Assembly: GCF_963506605.1 (NCBI RefSeq)
Contig: NC_083279.1
Location: 39,742,001-39,806,000 of the forward strand
Direction: 5' to 3'
Origin: Zootoca vivipara
Taxonomy: Eukaryota
Length of the DNA stretch: 64,000 bases
Below are positions 1 to 12,240 of the stretch, piece after piece. Position numbers and translations under genes: made by a program. The notes beneath the pieces are model-generated. The model was not told where the DNA came from. It made no database searches and was given only the letters and a program-made list of their open reading frames with translations. Within the stretch, counting starts at the first letter, position 1, and each line of letters opens with the position of its first letter.

Positions 1-146
1 ACTCCCCCTGATGTTTCTTAATCAGTATGATGCTGCAGTGGGCTTGCAGTGGTGAAGCCTGGTCTGGAACAGCGTTGTGCTAGAAGGAGGGGGAGAGAAT
101 GACAAAGAAGACCCTGAGGGAAATGGATTGTCAAAAAAGAAAGTCT

Positions 147-147
<1 letters not shown>

Positions 148-189
<42 letters not shown>
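148..189. repeat. (GT)n microsatellite
   Basis: About 21 uninterrupted GT units. Confidence 0.95.
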
Positions 190-191
<2 letters not shown>

Positions 192-604
192 GGAAAGGAG
201 GGGACTCCCTGGATTTTGTCCTGATATTCAAAACACATTTCTGTTGGAGCTTCAGCACAATTTTTACCATTGGTAAACATAAAGAATGGAGAGTTTGACC
301 AGAGGAATGGAGAGTGTGCTAGGCTGTGGGACCCTTTTTTTTATAGGAGCTATTCAAAAGAAGACGTGCAGGGAGGGACACTGACAACCAGGAATAGTTT
401 TTTGCGCCAAAGGGAGTGGGCGTTCTAATTGCACATTGTGCTGATACAGGATGTGGGTGCAGTGCATTGTTGCAGCAGCAGCTGCTGCTGTTTTTGTTAG
501 TGATGCCTGGAGTGCAAGTCCATGTGATATTCATGCAGCTGCAAGTGTGTATGGAAAGTGGGGAATGGATGACCATATGAAACTGCCTTAAACTGAGCCA
601 GATG

Positions 605-770
605 GTTGGGTCCATGTAGCTCAGCATTCTCTACACCGACTTGGCCATGTTTCTTCATTGTCTCAGGCAGGGGCTTTTCCCATCATCATCTGCCCGGTCC
701 TTTTAACTAGAGATGTCAGGTAACTGAACCCGGGATCTTCTGCATGCAAAGGATGTGCTCTACGGCCACT
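605..770 (-). mobile_element. Degenerate tRNA-derived squamate SINE (Squam2-like)
   Basis: Reverse complement shows the AGAGCACATCCTTTGCATGCAGAAGATCCCGGGTTCA head; related copies at ~47.2 and ~62.5 kb. Confidence 0.5.
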
Positions 771-914
771 CTTTGAACATAAGTCATAAAGTCATGAAAG
801 CAGTGGTGATGATTTTTTAAATATTCTGGTCTTAGTTTACAGAGTTCACTATTTTTGTTTGTTTGTCTTGTTCACAAAACCATCAACTCTAACTTGTTCT
901 CACTATTTCCGCAG

Positions 915-973
915 GTGGTTTACGAGTCCAACTACCGTCAATGCCTTTTACAGTTCATCAACAAATCAGATCA
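915..973 (+). CDS. PHEX: PHEX coding exon 15 (59 bp): (E)WFTSPTTVNAFYSSSTNQI(R)
   Basis: ttccgcAG|GTGGTTT...GATCA|GTgagt; contains the M13 VNAFY motif; size and phase match human PHEX exon 15 as I recall it. Confidence 0.96.
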
Positions 974-1980
974 GTGAGTAAAATGTACATTGATTAAAAT
1001 TACAACTGCATTACTTACATGGGAAAAAAAGGTATCCCCTTGGCTTCCTCGAACATCAAAGTCGCATCTTCTCTTACCCCTGTGCAAATTGCTAGCTGGT
1101 GCCGTTGTGACTCTAAGGGCCTATTAATACATTACTACTGCAGTTTAGGAGCTGTTCCAACATGATCACATAATGGCCCCATACAGGAGCCAAATAGAGT
1201 AGGCAGATTACATGGCCCCATGCCATAACACTTTCTGTCCCACCAGGTAGAAGCTTATTACTTTGGAGAGTAACGTGGTACCTGCACACACCATGTGGTT
1301 CCTATAGAGACATAGCTAGTGCAGCATGAAACCAATTATGCAGAAGTGGTTTTCAGGTTTATTAACGTTTTCGGGTACCAGCCACCATCACATCCTTGGG
1401 TGTTTCCAGGAACAGCATTAGGGGTTAAGCATTGTGGGGCACCTGTTGTTGATGTCTATAGCTCATCAGGAGGCCTACTACCAATCTCCAGAATCCCATA
1501 CCTTGATGCTCTTTCTCCTTGCTCCTCTCTGCCTGTATTTGGGAAGAGCAATGGGGCAAGAAAAGGAGCAGTAGCTTCCACTTGTCCTGCCTTTCCTCTG
1601 GATCGAGAAATTTTTTTTGGGGGGGGGGTGCTGGGAGAGTAGAGGAAGGGGATGTCCCACTTCAGAAGTGGAACATCATGCATGCAGTGTTGGATACGAC
1701 CCTCAGTCTTCTGAAAAGTGTTGGCTCAGCTTTATGTGCTTCTGAAAAAAACATGCATAGGATCGGGCTCCTGTTAGTATTATGGCAGCTGCTGCCGATT
1801 ACAAAGCCAACTTTCACCACAGATGGACAGGTCCTTTAATGCAGGCATGCTAGGCTTCCAAATACCTGGGTAATGTGTTTTTTAAAAAATTAATTTTTAT
1901 TTTAAAAAGAAAATTCTGCTTGAAGGAATTACAGTATGTTGCTAGGAACAGAAGACATGAAGGCATGGATCTCTGAAGTG

Positions 1981-2212
1981 GGTAAAGGTACCCCTGACCA
2001 TTAGGTCGATTTGCGGATGACTCTGGGGTTGCGGCACTCATCTCGCTCTATAGGCCAAAGGAGTTGGCGTTTGTCCGCAGGCAGCTTCCAGGTTATGTGG
2101 CCAGCATGACTAAGCCGCTTCTGGCAAACCAGAGCAGCGCATGGAAACGCCGTTTACCTTCCCTCCGGAGCAGTACCTATTTATCTACTTGCACTTTGAC
2201 GTGCTTTCAAAC
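1981..2212 (-). mobile_element. Sauria SINE, 5'-truncated
   Basis: GGTAAAGGTA is the reverse of the (ACCTTT)n tail; diagnostic body CCCCTGACCATTAGGTC...GTACCTATTTATCTACTTGCAC. Confidence 0.85.
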
Positions 2213-3049
2213 ACCTTGTTTGGCATTGAAACCATGTGACTCTAAGCTTGATAAATTCTCTGATTTTGCTCAGGTTCATGAAATCAGTGCTGTTGCTGTT
2301 TTAAATAAAGTATTTATATGCTGCTCAATTAACAAAGTTTCTAAGTTTCAGCTAGGCAGAATTGAACAGTATTATTTAGTACCAAATTTGTTATACACAA
2401 TTAACTCTTCAATCTTTGGCTTCGATAAGGAAATTATTTTATTCTGAAGTTGGGGTTTTCCCTCCCTTTTCTATGCCTTATTTTATTACGGCATTTTCCC
2501 ATTTTTATTTTTACTTGTTTAAGGTTATTTAAGACCGATTTTACTGGTTTCTTTGGCTGAGAAAACTGACTGTCCCTGCTAAGTTCAGCACAAGTGCTTG
2601 TATGCAGATTCACAGCACGAAATGTGTCTCTTTGATTAGTCATTACTGAATCCTCTGGTATTTTGTTTAAGTTCTTTTTCATTTCGGTATGATCTGGATC
2701 CCAGAGCTGCCACCGTGCTATAGCAGATAAAACAAAGCTGTCCCAAAAGAAAAATGAAAAAATGAAGAGTCAGGGTTCCTGGTCTGGGATTTCACAGCTA
2801 GCTGTGTCTAACAGCATCAAGAAGCCGAGACCTGTCAAATGTAACCAATCAGTCATGGCATACAAGCAGTTGCGCCTTGCCTCTCTCCTCCTGACCTTTC
2901 TGTATCGCTAGTGTTTGACCTTGAGATCTTGCTACTTGCTGTTTTCAAGAGTCAACAAATCCATGTGGCGTGAACTGCACTTACTTAGAGTTGTCTGTTG
3001 CTGTATATAGGTACGCAAGCAGCATATTTCTGTGTGCTCGCTTGCATCA

Positions 3050-3200
3050 GGGCTATGATTATACATACCAGTTGCTGGAAACTGCAGGAAGTGGGGAGTG
3101 CTTTTGCACTCGGGTCCTGCTCGTGGGGATCCCACAAGGATCTTGCTGGCCACTGTGAGAACAAGATGCTGGACTAGATGGGCACTTCTTAGGTTCTTAT
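3050..3200 (+). mobile_element. CR1 LINE 3' end remnant
   Basis: GGCCACTGTGAGAACAAGATGCTGGACTAGATGGGC...TTCTTAT, typical of squamate CR1 3' ends. Confidence 0.6.
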
Positions 3201-3350
3201 TAACCTCTTAGGAAGAAGAAACAGGGTGTTGATTCGAATGGTTTATTCTTGTTGGAGGAACTGCTTCCTGTATTACCAATTATGTGTTAACAGCAACATG
3301 CCCCCCCCGAGTTTAAACTTTACACAGAATATTACCAGCCATTTTGACAT

Positions 3351-4317
3351 GTTGTTGTTGTTGTTTAGTCGTTTAGTCGTGTCCGACTCTTCGTGACCCC
3401 ATGGACCATAGCACGCCAGGCACTCCTGTCTTGCACTGCCTCCCGCAGTTTGGTCAAACTCATGTTCGTAGCTTCGAGAACACTGTCCAACCATCTCGTC
3501 CTCTGTCGTCCCCTTCTCCTAGTGCCCTCCATCTTTCCCAACATCAGGGTCTTTTCCAAGGATTCTTCTCTTCTCATGAGGTGGCCAAAGTATTGGAGCC
3601 TCAGCTTCACGATCTGTCCTTCCAGGGAGCACTCAGGGCTGATTTCCTTAAGAATGGATAGGTTTGATCTTCTAGCAGTCCATGGGACTCTCAAGAGTCT
3701 CCTCCAGCACCATAATTCAAAAGCATCAATTCTTCGACGATCAGCCTTCTTTATGGTCCAGCTCTCACTTCCATACATCACTACTGGGAAAACCATAGCT
3801 TTAACTATACGGACCTTTGTCGGCAAAGTGATGTCTCTGCTTTTTAAGATGCTGTCTAGGTTTGTCATTGCTTTTCTCCCAAGAAGCAGGCGTCTTTTAA
3901 TTTCGTGACTGCTGTCACCATCTGCAGTGATCAAGGAGCCCAAGAAAGTAAAATCTCTCACTGCCTCCATTTCTTCCCCTTCTATTTGCCAGGAGGTGAT
4001 GGGACCAGTGGCCATGATCTTGGTTTTTTTGATGTTGAGCTTCAGACCATATTTTGCGCTCTCCTCTTTCACCCTCATTAAAAGGTTCTTTAATTCCTCC
4101 TCGCTTTCTGCCATCAAGGTTGTGTCATCTGCATATCTGAGGTTGTTGATATTTCTTCCGGCAATCTTAATTCCGGCTTGGGATTCATCTAGTCCAGCCT
4201 TTCGCATGATGAATTCTGCATATAAGTTAAATAAGCAGGGAGACAATATACAACCTTGTCGTACTCCTTTCCCAATTTTGAACCAATCAAAATTGGGAAA
4301 GGAGTACGACAAGGTTG
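3351..4317 (-). mobile_element. BovB (RTE clade) LINE, 5'-truncated, young copy
   Basis: Uninterrupted RT C-terminal ORF (GVRQGCILSP, YADD, ...VHGVTKSRTRLND*); (CAA)n tail; 18-bp TSD TACCAGCCATTTTGACAT at 3333-3350 and 4318-4335. Confidence 0.95.
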
Positions 4318-4319
4318 TA
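4249..4319. repeat. Perfect 33-bp inverted repeat with 5-nt loop at the BovB 5' junction
   Basis: TACAACCTTGTCGTACTCCTTTCCCAATTTTGA-accaa-TCAAAATTGGGAAAGGAGTACGACAAGGTTGTA. Confidence 0.95.
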
Positions 4320-5322
4320 CCAGCCATTTTGACATACAGGTGACCAAATGGCTTTGGCAAAACATTTCCTCGACATATATATCTATGCCATATATATATT
4401 TGTAACTTGTGTGTATGGTGTGTTCACATACAGACTGGGGCAGACCAACCTTATCATCAGATTTTATTTTTTTAAACTACCACATATTGGGACCCCTATA
4501 GAAAGACTCCTCCCTGCATCCTCCACACAATCAGGGCACCCATATGACCTGTTGAATGGAACCTCTGCATATGAAGAGGAGGATTTCATATGTCAACTTT
4601 GGTATACTGATAACTCTACACAACATGTGTAGCCTCGCCATACGTCAGGAAAATTCCTGACATGTCTTGTTTTTTGGGTGTAAAGATGGCGTCGGGGGAA
4701 TTTTGCCAAAGTGGCAAAATGGCAGGGAAAATCCAGGTGTATGGCAATGTGCTGGAAAAAGCAGTGGAAACAGCTCAAAAAGCTTAAAATAAAATAAAAA
4801 GTTCAACCATTTGGGGTTGTCCCCCCCCCCCAATAATCTTTTTTAAAAAAACAAACAAACATTTTTTTGTAGGTGTCAGGAACCCCTGGTGTAGTTAATT
4901 GATACAACCATATATTTACTATACTGACTAATAAAACAAAGATATTAAAGTCTTAAAGCAAAACATTCTGGCTTTCTCCTTCAATTGCTCGAATGTGGAT
5001 ATTCAGGTCAGAGCAGCTGAAGAAGGCTAAGCCCAAACATTTTGCCTTAAGATCTCACTTGATCCCTCTGTCTTTCCATATCCATGCCATACATTTAAAG
5101 CACATTCAGAGTACCTGGCTTTCCTGAAAGAATCCTGAAAACTGTAGTATGTCAAGTGTGCTGGGAATTGTAGCTCTAGGCAAGGTAAACTACAGTTTCC
5201 AGGATTCTTTGGGGGAAGTCATGTGCTTTAAATGTATGCTGTGGGTGTGACCCCCCCCCATGTTTTTCTCCCACAGTGATTTATACTTTCAGGAAACAAA
5301 GTTATTTCTGTCCTAAACTAGT

Positions 5323-5513
5323 TACAGGTAGGTAGCCGTGTTGGTCTGCCGTAGTCGAAACAAAATTTAAAAAATCCTTCCAGTAGCACCTTAGAGACCA
5401 ACTAAGTTTGTCATTGGTATGAGTTTTCATGAGTATCTGAAGAATGAACACGAAAGCTCATACCAGTGACAAACTTAGTTGGTCTCTAAGGTGCTACTAG
5501 AAGGGGGGTTTTT
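5323..5513. mobile_element. Penelope-like element terminus with inverted (hairpin) structure
   Basis: ~48-bp inverted arms (5376-5423 / 5457-5504); 14-bp direct repeat TGTCCTAAACTAGT at 5309-5322 and 5514-5527; same family as the 23703 and 33584 copies. Confidence 0.75.
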
Positions 5514-8500
5514 TGTCCTAAACTAGTGAGACAGTGAAAAAATTGCCCAGTATGGTCCAGTATCTCTTTTAGTGAGATTAAAAAAGGTTAAAATTAGTTT
5601 TGACTGCCTCCTCAATTTTTTGTACAAATGCCTATTTAAATTACATTAAAATATGTGCATATCAAATTGGGCATGCTCATGTATTTGTCATAGTGGTTCT
5701 AGAAGGGTAGCCAAGTAAATATTAAGAGACATACATGGCAGTATTTTTCCCAGTTAGAAAGGAGAGGATTATCACATAGCTGCTGGACTTTTCTGCAGGG
5801 CACCCCCACCCGTACATGAATAATCTGGCTAATCAGAAGCTTATTGATTAGAAAGCAGTTTTTTAAACGGCTCACCAGCTTTCTTATGGCTAATGGGCAG
5901 AGTCGTTCTGGAATTTACATGTTCAAGCAGGCTTGCTAATTAGAAGATTCAAGCTGTTCCTATTTTCCTAAAGATTGAAAGTTACTCTTTCGTATATATT
6001 TCTCATCATTTTGTCTCTGAGCTTGATCTTTGTAGTGCTCCTCCTCCTGGCCTTTCTGACTAATTTTAAAGGTTTCATCCTGTGTGTGAGAGAGAGATTC
6101 AGTCAGTTATGCTAATATAGGGAGTTTTGCACAAGAAATATACTTCCATAGAATTTCCATTTGAACACATCATTCATCGAGTTCTTATATTATTATTTTG
6201 GTTTCGTATCATTGCCTTATATGTTCCTTTACTGATTCTGTTTGCACTCCTCAGTCTCCTCATTGGTACTAGCTTCTCTCAGATGTTTTGTGTACCCTTG
6301 CACATGTATGTTAGGGAATTTGCTTTTTCTGGATTTCCTGGATTTCCTCTGTAAGAGCAAGTGAGCAGTCTAGGGTACTCTTAGCATCCTAGCACTAGCA
6401 ATGGAGGCACAAATGGCGTCCATGATGTGGACTGCTTTCCCCCCAACTATGGCTGGTAGGTATGGCCATTCCTGGACAGGGATAGGCTTACCACAGTGAT
6501 CCATGCACTGGTAACATCAACAGGGGATTACTGTACAGTAATGTACTCTACATGAGTATTCATTGGAAGCTGGCCAAGAAGCTGCAGATTGTACCATATA
6601 TTACATCGGATATCTGATGGGAGTTGGAATCCAATAACATCTGGAGTACCACAGGTTCCTGAACCCTGATTTAAAGACATCCATGTCTCATAATAATTTA
6701 GGTTTCTTCATTCCATTTATTTATTTATTTTGCTTTTAATTACTATCCAAATTCACAAGGGCATTATTGATCTTCCCTTCCATAATCAGTTTGTTAAACT
6801 TCAGCTCTTGGTTTGTAACTTTTATATTCACTTAATATCTGCTAATGTTAATATTCATTAATGCATTTATTTTTCAAAATGTACTATTGCTAATTATGTT
6901 TGATGGATTGTTTTCACAAGATATAGGGCATGTTATTTCGCTGGTAGACATTTAAGCAAAATTAAAGTTTAATGAGTTTGATTAGCCAAGTAATCAATGA
7001 ACTAATCAATCTTAAATGCAACCTTCATTAGATCACCCAACTAATTTCACTTAAGTCAAAATTAATTTGGCTACTCTAAACAGTTAAATGACATTTGAAG
7101 ACCTATTACAAGAAATGAATCTCAGGATTTGATTTGTGAACCAGCTGAGCTGTAGGTGTGGATACCTGTCTGCATGTACCTATACAGTATTTCAAGAAAG
7201 CATTAAGGTACATTTTACTATATGCTCTTCCATTTTTAAACAGTACCTTTCCATAATGGAGTAATCTATTTACTATTACTGAAATCAACAGAGTGTGCAG
7301 AGGCAACATTCAGACGCTTACTGGTGGCATGCACAGACTCTGCGGATAACATGTAGCTTTGCTGAAAAATAGTCACTAATTAGCAAAAAAGAGAAGATTT
7401 TTAATGGAAAAAATCAGCAGAGCATGCATGATGTGTAATGCAGAGCTCACAGTTTCTGGCATGGTTTGTGCTTATCAGTTTGCCCCTGCTGCCCTGGCTG
7501 TTTCCCAAATGACACTTTATAAATTATTGTGATGATTAATAAGAATATAAAAATGTGGGTTATGATTTTCCAGTTGTAACTGAGATCCTGGTTGTGTAAA
7601 AGTGGGTTTACTCTAGGCAGTTTTCAGAATGGATTGAAGGGGATGCCTCTGAACTCCATCTCATTGTGCCCTAGATATTGCGTATTATGTACTTTGTGTT
7701 TTCATACTGTAAACCACTCTGTACTCTTTGGATGAGGGGTGGCATATAAATTTAATAAATAGTAATAATAATATTGGAAGTCCAGCATCAAAACAGCCAT
7801 TATGGATCCTTAGCTTACCACTAGCAGATGATGTGATGGCGACACTCTCTAAAATCCTCCAAAGAGCTGTGAGAGGAAACTCCTTAAAACGAAACCCACA
7901 GTGCCTAGACCTTAATATATATAGTTATTCTATTGGGTAAAAAAATGTATTTAGTTAGAATGGTAGTGTGCTGTGAAGCTGAGATACTGAACAGCACACA
8001 TGGCAGAAATAAAAATTCACACTTCCAGATAGGCTATGATTTAAAAATAAATCAATCAAGGAAGCCTGGCTCTCCACACTAGTATAATTAAATTGTTTTT
8101 ACAGCATAGAAATCAGCCTATTTGACAAGTTCCAAACAACCATAGACCATTAGAGATACTGTGATCCCCAGAATATAAGTTTCCGCAATTTGCCTGTCTC
8201 ATACATCAGTGCCAAAACAGGTGGCAAAGGCAGCAGGGGAACAACAGCCGGCAGATAGCAGATGGGCAGGCCAAAGGAACATGCTGCTTGTTGCTTCACT
8301 CGACATGAGTTACATTTAGTGTATCCCTTGAAATGATGCTGTAAGGAAAGTGCTGAAAGCCTCCCGTCCCAATAGGAGGATGTTCCATCAATTTTTAGAA
8401 ATGGCTCCATGTGTTTAATAAATGAATTATGGGATTATGGAGGCAAGGCTAGCTGGAGTCTTTGAAAAACAAATATGTGTGCATTGAAACAATCATCTCT

Positions 8501-8525
8501 GGCAATGCTAACTTTAGCCCTAAGC

Positions 8526-8837
8526 CATGGGTAGGCAAACTTAAGACCCAGGGGCTGGATCTGGCCCAATCGCCTTCTAAATCCGGCCCGCAGACGGTCT
8601 GGGAATCAGTGTGTTTTTACATGAGTAGAATGTGTCCTTTTATTTAAAATGCATCTCTGGGTTATTTGTGGGGTCTGCCTGGTGTTTTTACATGAGTAGA
8701 ATGTGTGCTTTTATTTAAAATGCATCTCTGGGTTATAGGAATTCGTTCATATTTTCCCCCCAAAATATAGTCTGGTCCCCCACAAGGTCTGAAGGACAGT
8801 GGACTGGCCGCCTGCTGAAAAAGTTTGCTGACCCCAG
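8526..8837. mobile_element. Non-autonomous hAT (Charlie-like) element
   Basis: Ends CATGGGTAGGCAAAC / GTTTGCTGACCCCAG; 8-bp TSD CCCTAAGC / CTCTAAGC; internal ~55-bp tandem duplication. Confidence 0.75.
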
Positions 8838-10284
8838 CTCTAAGCTGTAGCCTGCAAGTTATACGGTAGTGCTTAAAGAGAGTACTTTTATATCCCTTAA
8901 AGAGAGTACTTTTAAGGCATGGGTTTCATCTGCTAACATTTGCTGAAAGCAAAAGCCAAGTAATATGAGATCCTGCAGACTTCTTAACAGGGTCTGTACA
9001 GAGTTTGGCATATGGCAAAGCAGTCTCCTCTTCATGTGCCCAGTTCACACCCAATCCAGAAGTCTAGGAAATCCATTGAGCTGAAAGTTAAGAACACAAT
9101 GAAGCAATCACGGGGGCACTTCACAAAATGTGTGTGGATGTGCATTGCCCACAGTCTAACCCATTTAGGCAAGTGAATCATTGTCTGGCTCACTTGCAGC
9201 ATGATGTTTTGTTTCAATGGATTTTATTGTGGTGTATTAGCAGGAATAAATAAATAAAAAGAGAGAGACGGGGAAGCCAAAGCAATACCTTTATTGAACT
9301 AAATGCGAAATCAAATTATGTAGAATCCTTCCATGGATGCATATAATATGACATTACATTGAAAGCCTGTAATACAGAACCAGGTATGGCAAGTAGAGAC
9401 TGTTTAGGTTATGCTGTCTGCTGTTATTTGCTCACTTATTAGGACACCTGTAACTCAGTTTCCTCTGTTCTTTAGTCTGCTGCCCTTTAAAGCTAACCAC
9501 CAAGGAGAACTGCCTCAGGTGTTACCTAAAGCAGAAGTATTTGCCCATTTCCTTTCCTGAGAGAGGATAGGTGGGAGTGCCTGGCCACCTTCAACTGCAG
9601 AAACTGTGTTGCATCTGAGAGAGACAAAGCAGTTTGGCTTCCTGCTCATGATAACTGGCTGGAAGGAGTCCAGGGGAAGAAAATGAGAGGGGTAGGAAGG
9701 ATTGTTTCTGCTCTATATAAGCAACAGAGAAATAAGGAGCAGGAAGACAGGAGGAGGGTGGAGGAAACAGAGGGAAATTGCATAGTTGGAAAAGGAGCAG
9801 CAAATATACTAAAGAAAGCAGATTGTAGGAATGATTAGGTCCAGAAGCATAGACCAAGAATGGCTTTAAACCCTATCCTCTGACATCCAAAGGGGATGAG
9901 AACACTCTGAGCAGTTGTGATTTTCTTAAAAGGGTTAACATAACATGTCTTGGGCTTTGAAGTCTTTTACACATTTTTAAAACTTGCTGATGGCTCTGTT
10001 TTAAACTGCAGGTTGCTTTTGTTGCGTGGTTTTATTGCTTATTGATACTCCCATTCTGTGAACTGATGAAGGGTAGTATATAAATATAGTTAATCGATCA
10101 ATTAGTTTGCTGTCTTTGACAGGTGAGAAATTAGAAGAGTTCAATATTCCTTCTAATCAGCAACCGCAAGCTCTTTATATCAGGAGCAGACTATACATTA
10201 CGTGATCACACTTTACAAAAAGGATGCTTAATTTTTGTTTTGAAGGAAAAGCAGGTACAAGCCATCCCATAGATATAATGGTGC

Positions 10285-10698
10285 GCCCACTGGTATGCCC
10301 CGCGGAGGACCTTAAGGTCCACAAACAACAATATTCTTGAGATCCCGAGCCATAAGGTGGCTAGATTGGCCTCTACTAGGGCCAGGGCCTTTTCAGTATT
10401 TGCCCCAACTTGGTGGAACGTTCTTTCACAGGGCCTGCAAGACAGAGCTGTTCCGCCTGGCCTTTGGGCTGGACTTAGTCTGACCCCTGTGTTTTCCTCC
10501 CTCATGACTTGGATTTATGGACTACTTAAAATCAGGCTGCATTTTAAACTTAAATTTTAAATTTTAATACTGTATTTTAATCTGTCTTTAAATCAATTTC
10601 TTTTTATGTTTTATTGGTGTGAGCCGCCCTGAGCCCGGTTTTGACTGGGGAGGGTGGGGTATGAATAAAAATTTATTATTATTATTATTATTATTTTA
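10285..10698 (+). mobile_element. L2 LINE 3' end
   Basis: Residual L2 ORF2 end (RARAFSVFAPTWWN), GTGAGCCGCCCTGAG 3' motif, AATAAA and (ATT)n tail. Confidence 0.75.
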
Positions 10699-11035
10699 TT
10701 CTCTGTGTTACTAAAAAACCTACTCACTTAAGCATTAGCTTTGCTGTTTTTTAAAAAACCTGTTATCTATTCTACACAAAAAGGGGGGGGACAAAAAAAA
10801 AATTTAGCTAATGCTTTTATTAAATGTGTTTTAAAAGTTGCCTGCCTGGCCTCGTCATCTGGTCCATTCATAATACAGTGTTCCTGATTCATATATGGTC
10901 ATGTTAACCATTTGATTAACTCCACTGATCTTAAGATTGGGAAGTAACTGAAAAGACTTAGAAGAGCCCTCGCTTCAGAATTCAGCTGGCCTGAATTTAC
11001 TGCATCTCTCTCTCTCTTTTTTTTTTAAATCATAG

Positions 11036-11090
11036 GATTCCCAGCAGGAGAGCTCCAGAAGCCATTCTTTTGGGGGAAAGAATATCCCAG
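11036..11090 (+). CDS. PHEX: PHEX coding exon 16 (55 bp): RFPAGELQKPFFWGKEYP(R)
   Basis: Polypyrimidine tract then catAG|GATTCCCAGCAGGAGAGCTCCAG...CCCAG|GTaaaa; in frame with exons 15 and 17. Confidence 0.96.
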
Positions 11091-11631
11091 GTAAAAGCAA
11101 AGTCTTAAAACTAAAATGCTGTATGTATAGGTATGAAAAATAAAATAAAAGGAATCTAAAGGGAAATGAACTGGCAAATAATTTGCTAAATGAAGTCGGT
11201 ATAGTAAAAATACTTGAGAAAGTTGGAAAATCAGGAGATACCGACCGGTATGTGTAGTTTTTGTTGTGCTGCAGGGGTCAGAACCTATGGCTGCCTGACA
11301 ATTATGTTCCCTCACCAGCCACATGAAAGTAGTGAGCAAGGCCAGAGGCAAAAGTGTGAGGAGCAAGGGAATTGACTCTTACTTTTGTACAGTAAGCTAT
11401 ATTCCAGCCATGCAAATGTCAGGGGTTTCTATGCACATAAAGGCTACACTCACACCATTTTTTTTAAAAGCACCATGATACCACTTTAAACAGTCATGGC
11501 TTCCCCCAAAGAGTTCTGGGAGCTGTGGTTTGTTAAGGGTGCTGAGAGTTGTTAGGAGACTCCTATTCTCCTCCCAGATGCTACAGTTCCCAGGGTGGTT
11601 TTACAATCAGTCCCTCTGAGAATTATTCTGG

Positions 11632-11743
11632 AATCATAGATTTGCAGAGTTGGAAGGGACCATCTAGCCCAACCGCCTGCAACGGAGGAATCTTTTGCCC
11701 AATGTGGGGCTCAAACTCATGCTCTACCAACTGAGCTATCCCC
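11632..11743 (-). mobile_element. Short tRNA-Lys-headed SINE with CR1-type tail (second copy ~18815-18943)
   Basis: Reverse complement GGGATAGCTCAGTTGGTAGAGCATGAG...GAGCCCCACATTGGGCA followed by CCCTTCCAACTC...TCTATGATT. Confidence 0.6.
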
Positions 11744-11961
11744 GGATGGAGACTGTTTTTGCTACATAGTCCACACACAGTCAAGATCTCTTGATTCTTT
11801 TTTTTTTTTTTTGCCACTGAAAAGCCCTTCATGAGAAACCCACTTCATTCCGAAAAGAAAAGCTCATTGCAGATTCATTGTGCGTTACACAGCAGTGTGT
11901 CCATTTGAAAACAGATGTAGGTGGTCCCAGTAATGGAAGATTCACCCACACATGCCCAGTG

Positions 11962-12240
11962 ATTTTTTTTATTAAAGGTTTTCCTGGTTTACAAAGATAT
12001 ATGCAATGTCTCTCATAACATTGTTTACAAATCAGTTTCATTTGTTGAGACGTTGGGGAGAAGTGGGGGGAAGCGGTAGGTGGGGGAGGGTGGGTTGGGG
12101 ATGGGGTCGGGTGACGATGTTTCTATTTTGCTTAATATATGTGGGGATTTTTTTGTCAGCGCCGCTTGTGCAGGTTCTCTGCTGTTCACTTGTGTTCCTT
12201 TGGTGGTGAGAGATGTTGGGGTACATCAGTGATGATGTTG
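11962..12240 (-). mobile_element. Probable LINE 3' end (AATAAA plus poly-A on the minus strand)
   Basis: TTTTTTTTATTAAAGG boundary followed by G-rich 3'-UTR-like sequence; family not identified. Confidence 0.35.

Noticed and set aside
3393-4343. Plus-strand ORFs of 171 and 138 aa
   Set aside because: Antisense shadows of the BovB RT ORF
4289-4360. N-terminus MPKPFGHLYVKMAGTTLSYSFPNF of the 331-aa ORF
   Set aside because: It reads through flanking DNA, the TSD and the fold-back, so it is not BovB protein or a real start
11690-11743. tRNA-Lys-like sequence (also near 18900-18943)
   Set aside because: The anticodon arm is deleted and it is fused to a CR1-type tail, so it is a SINE head and not a tRNA gene
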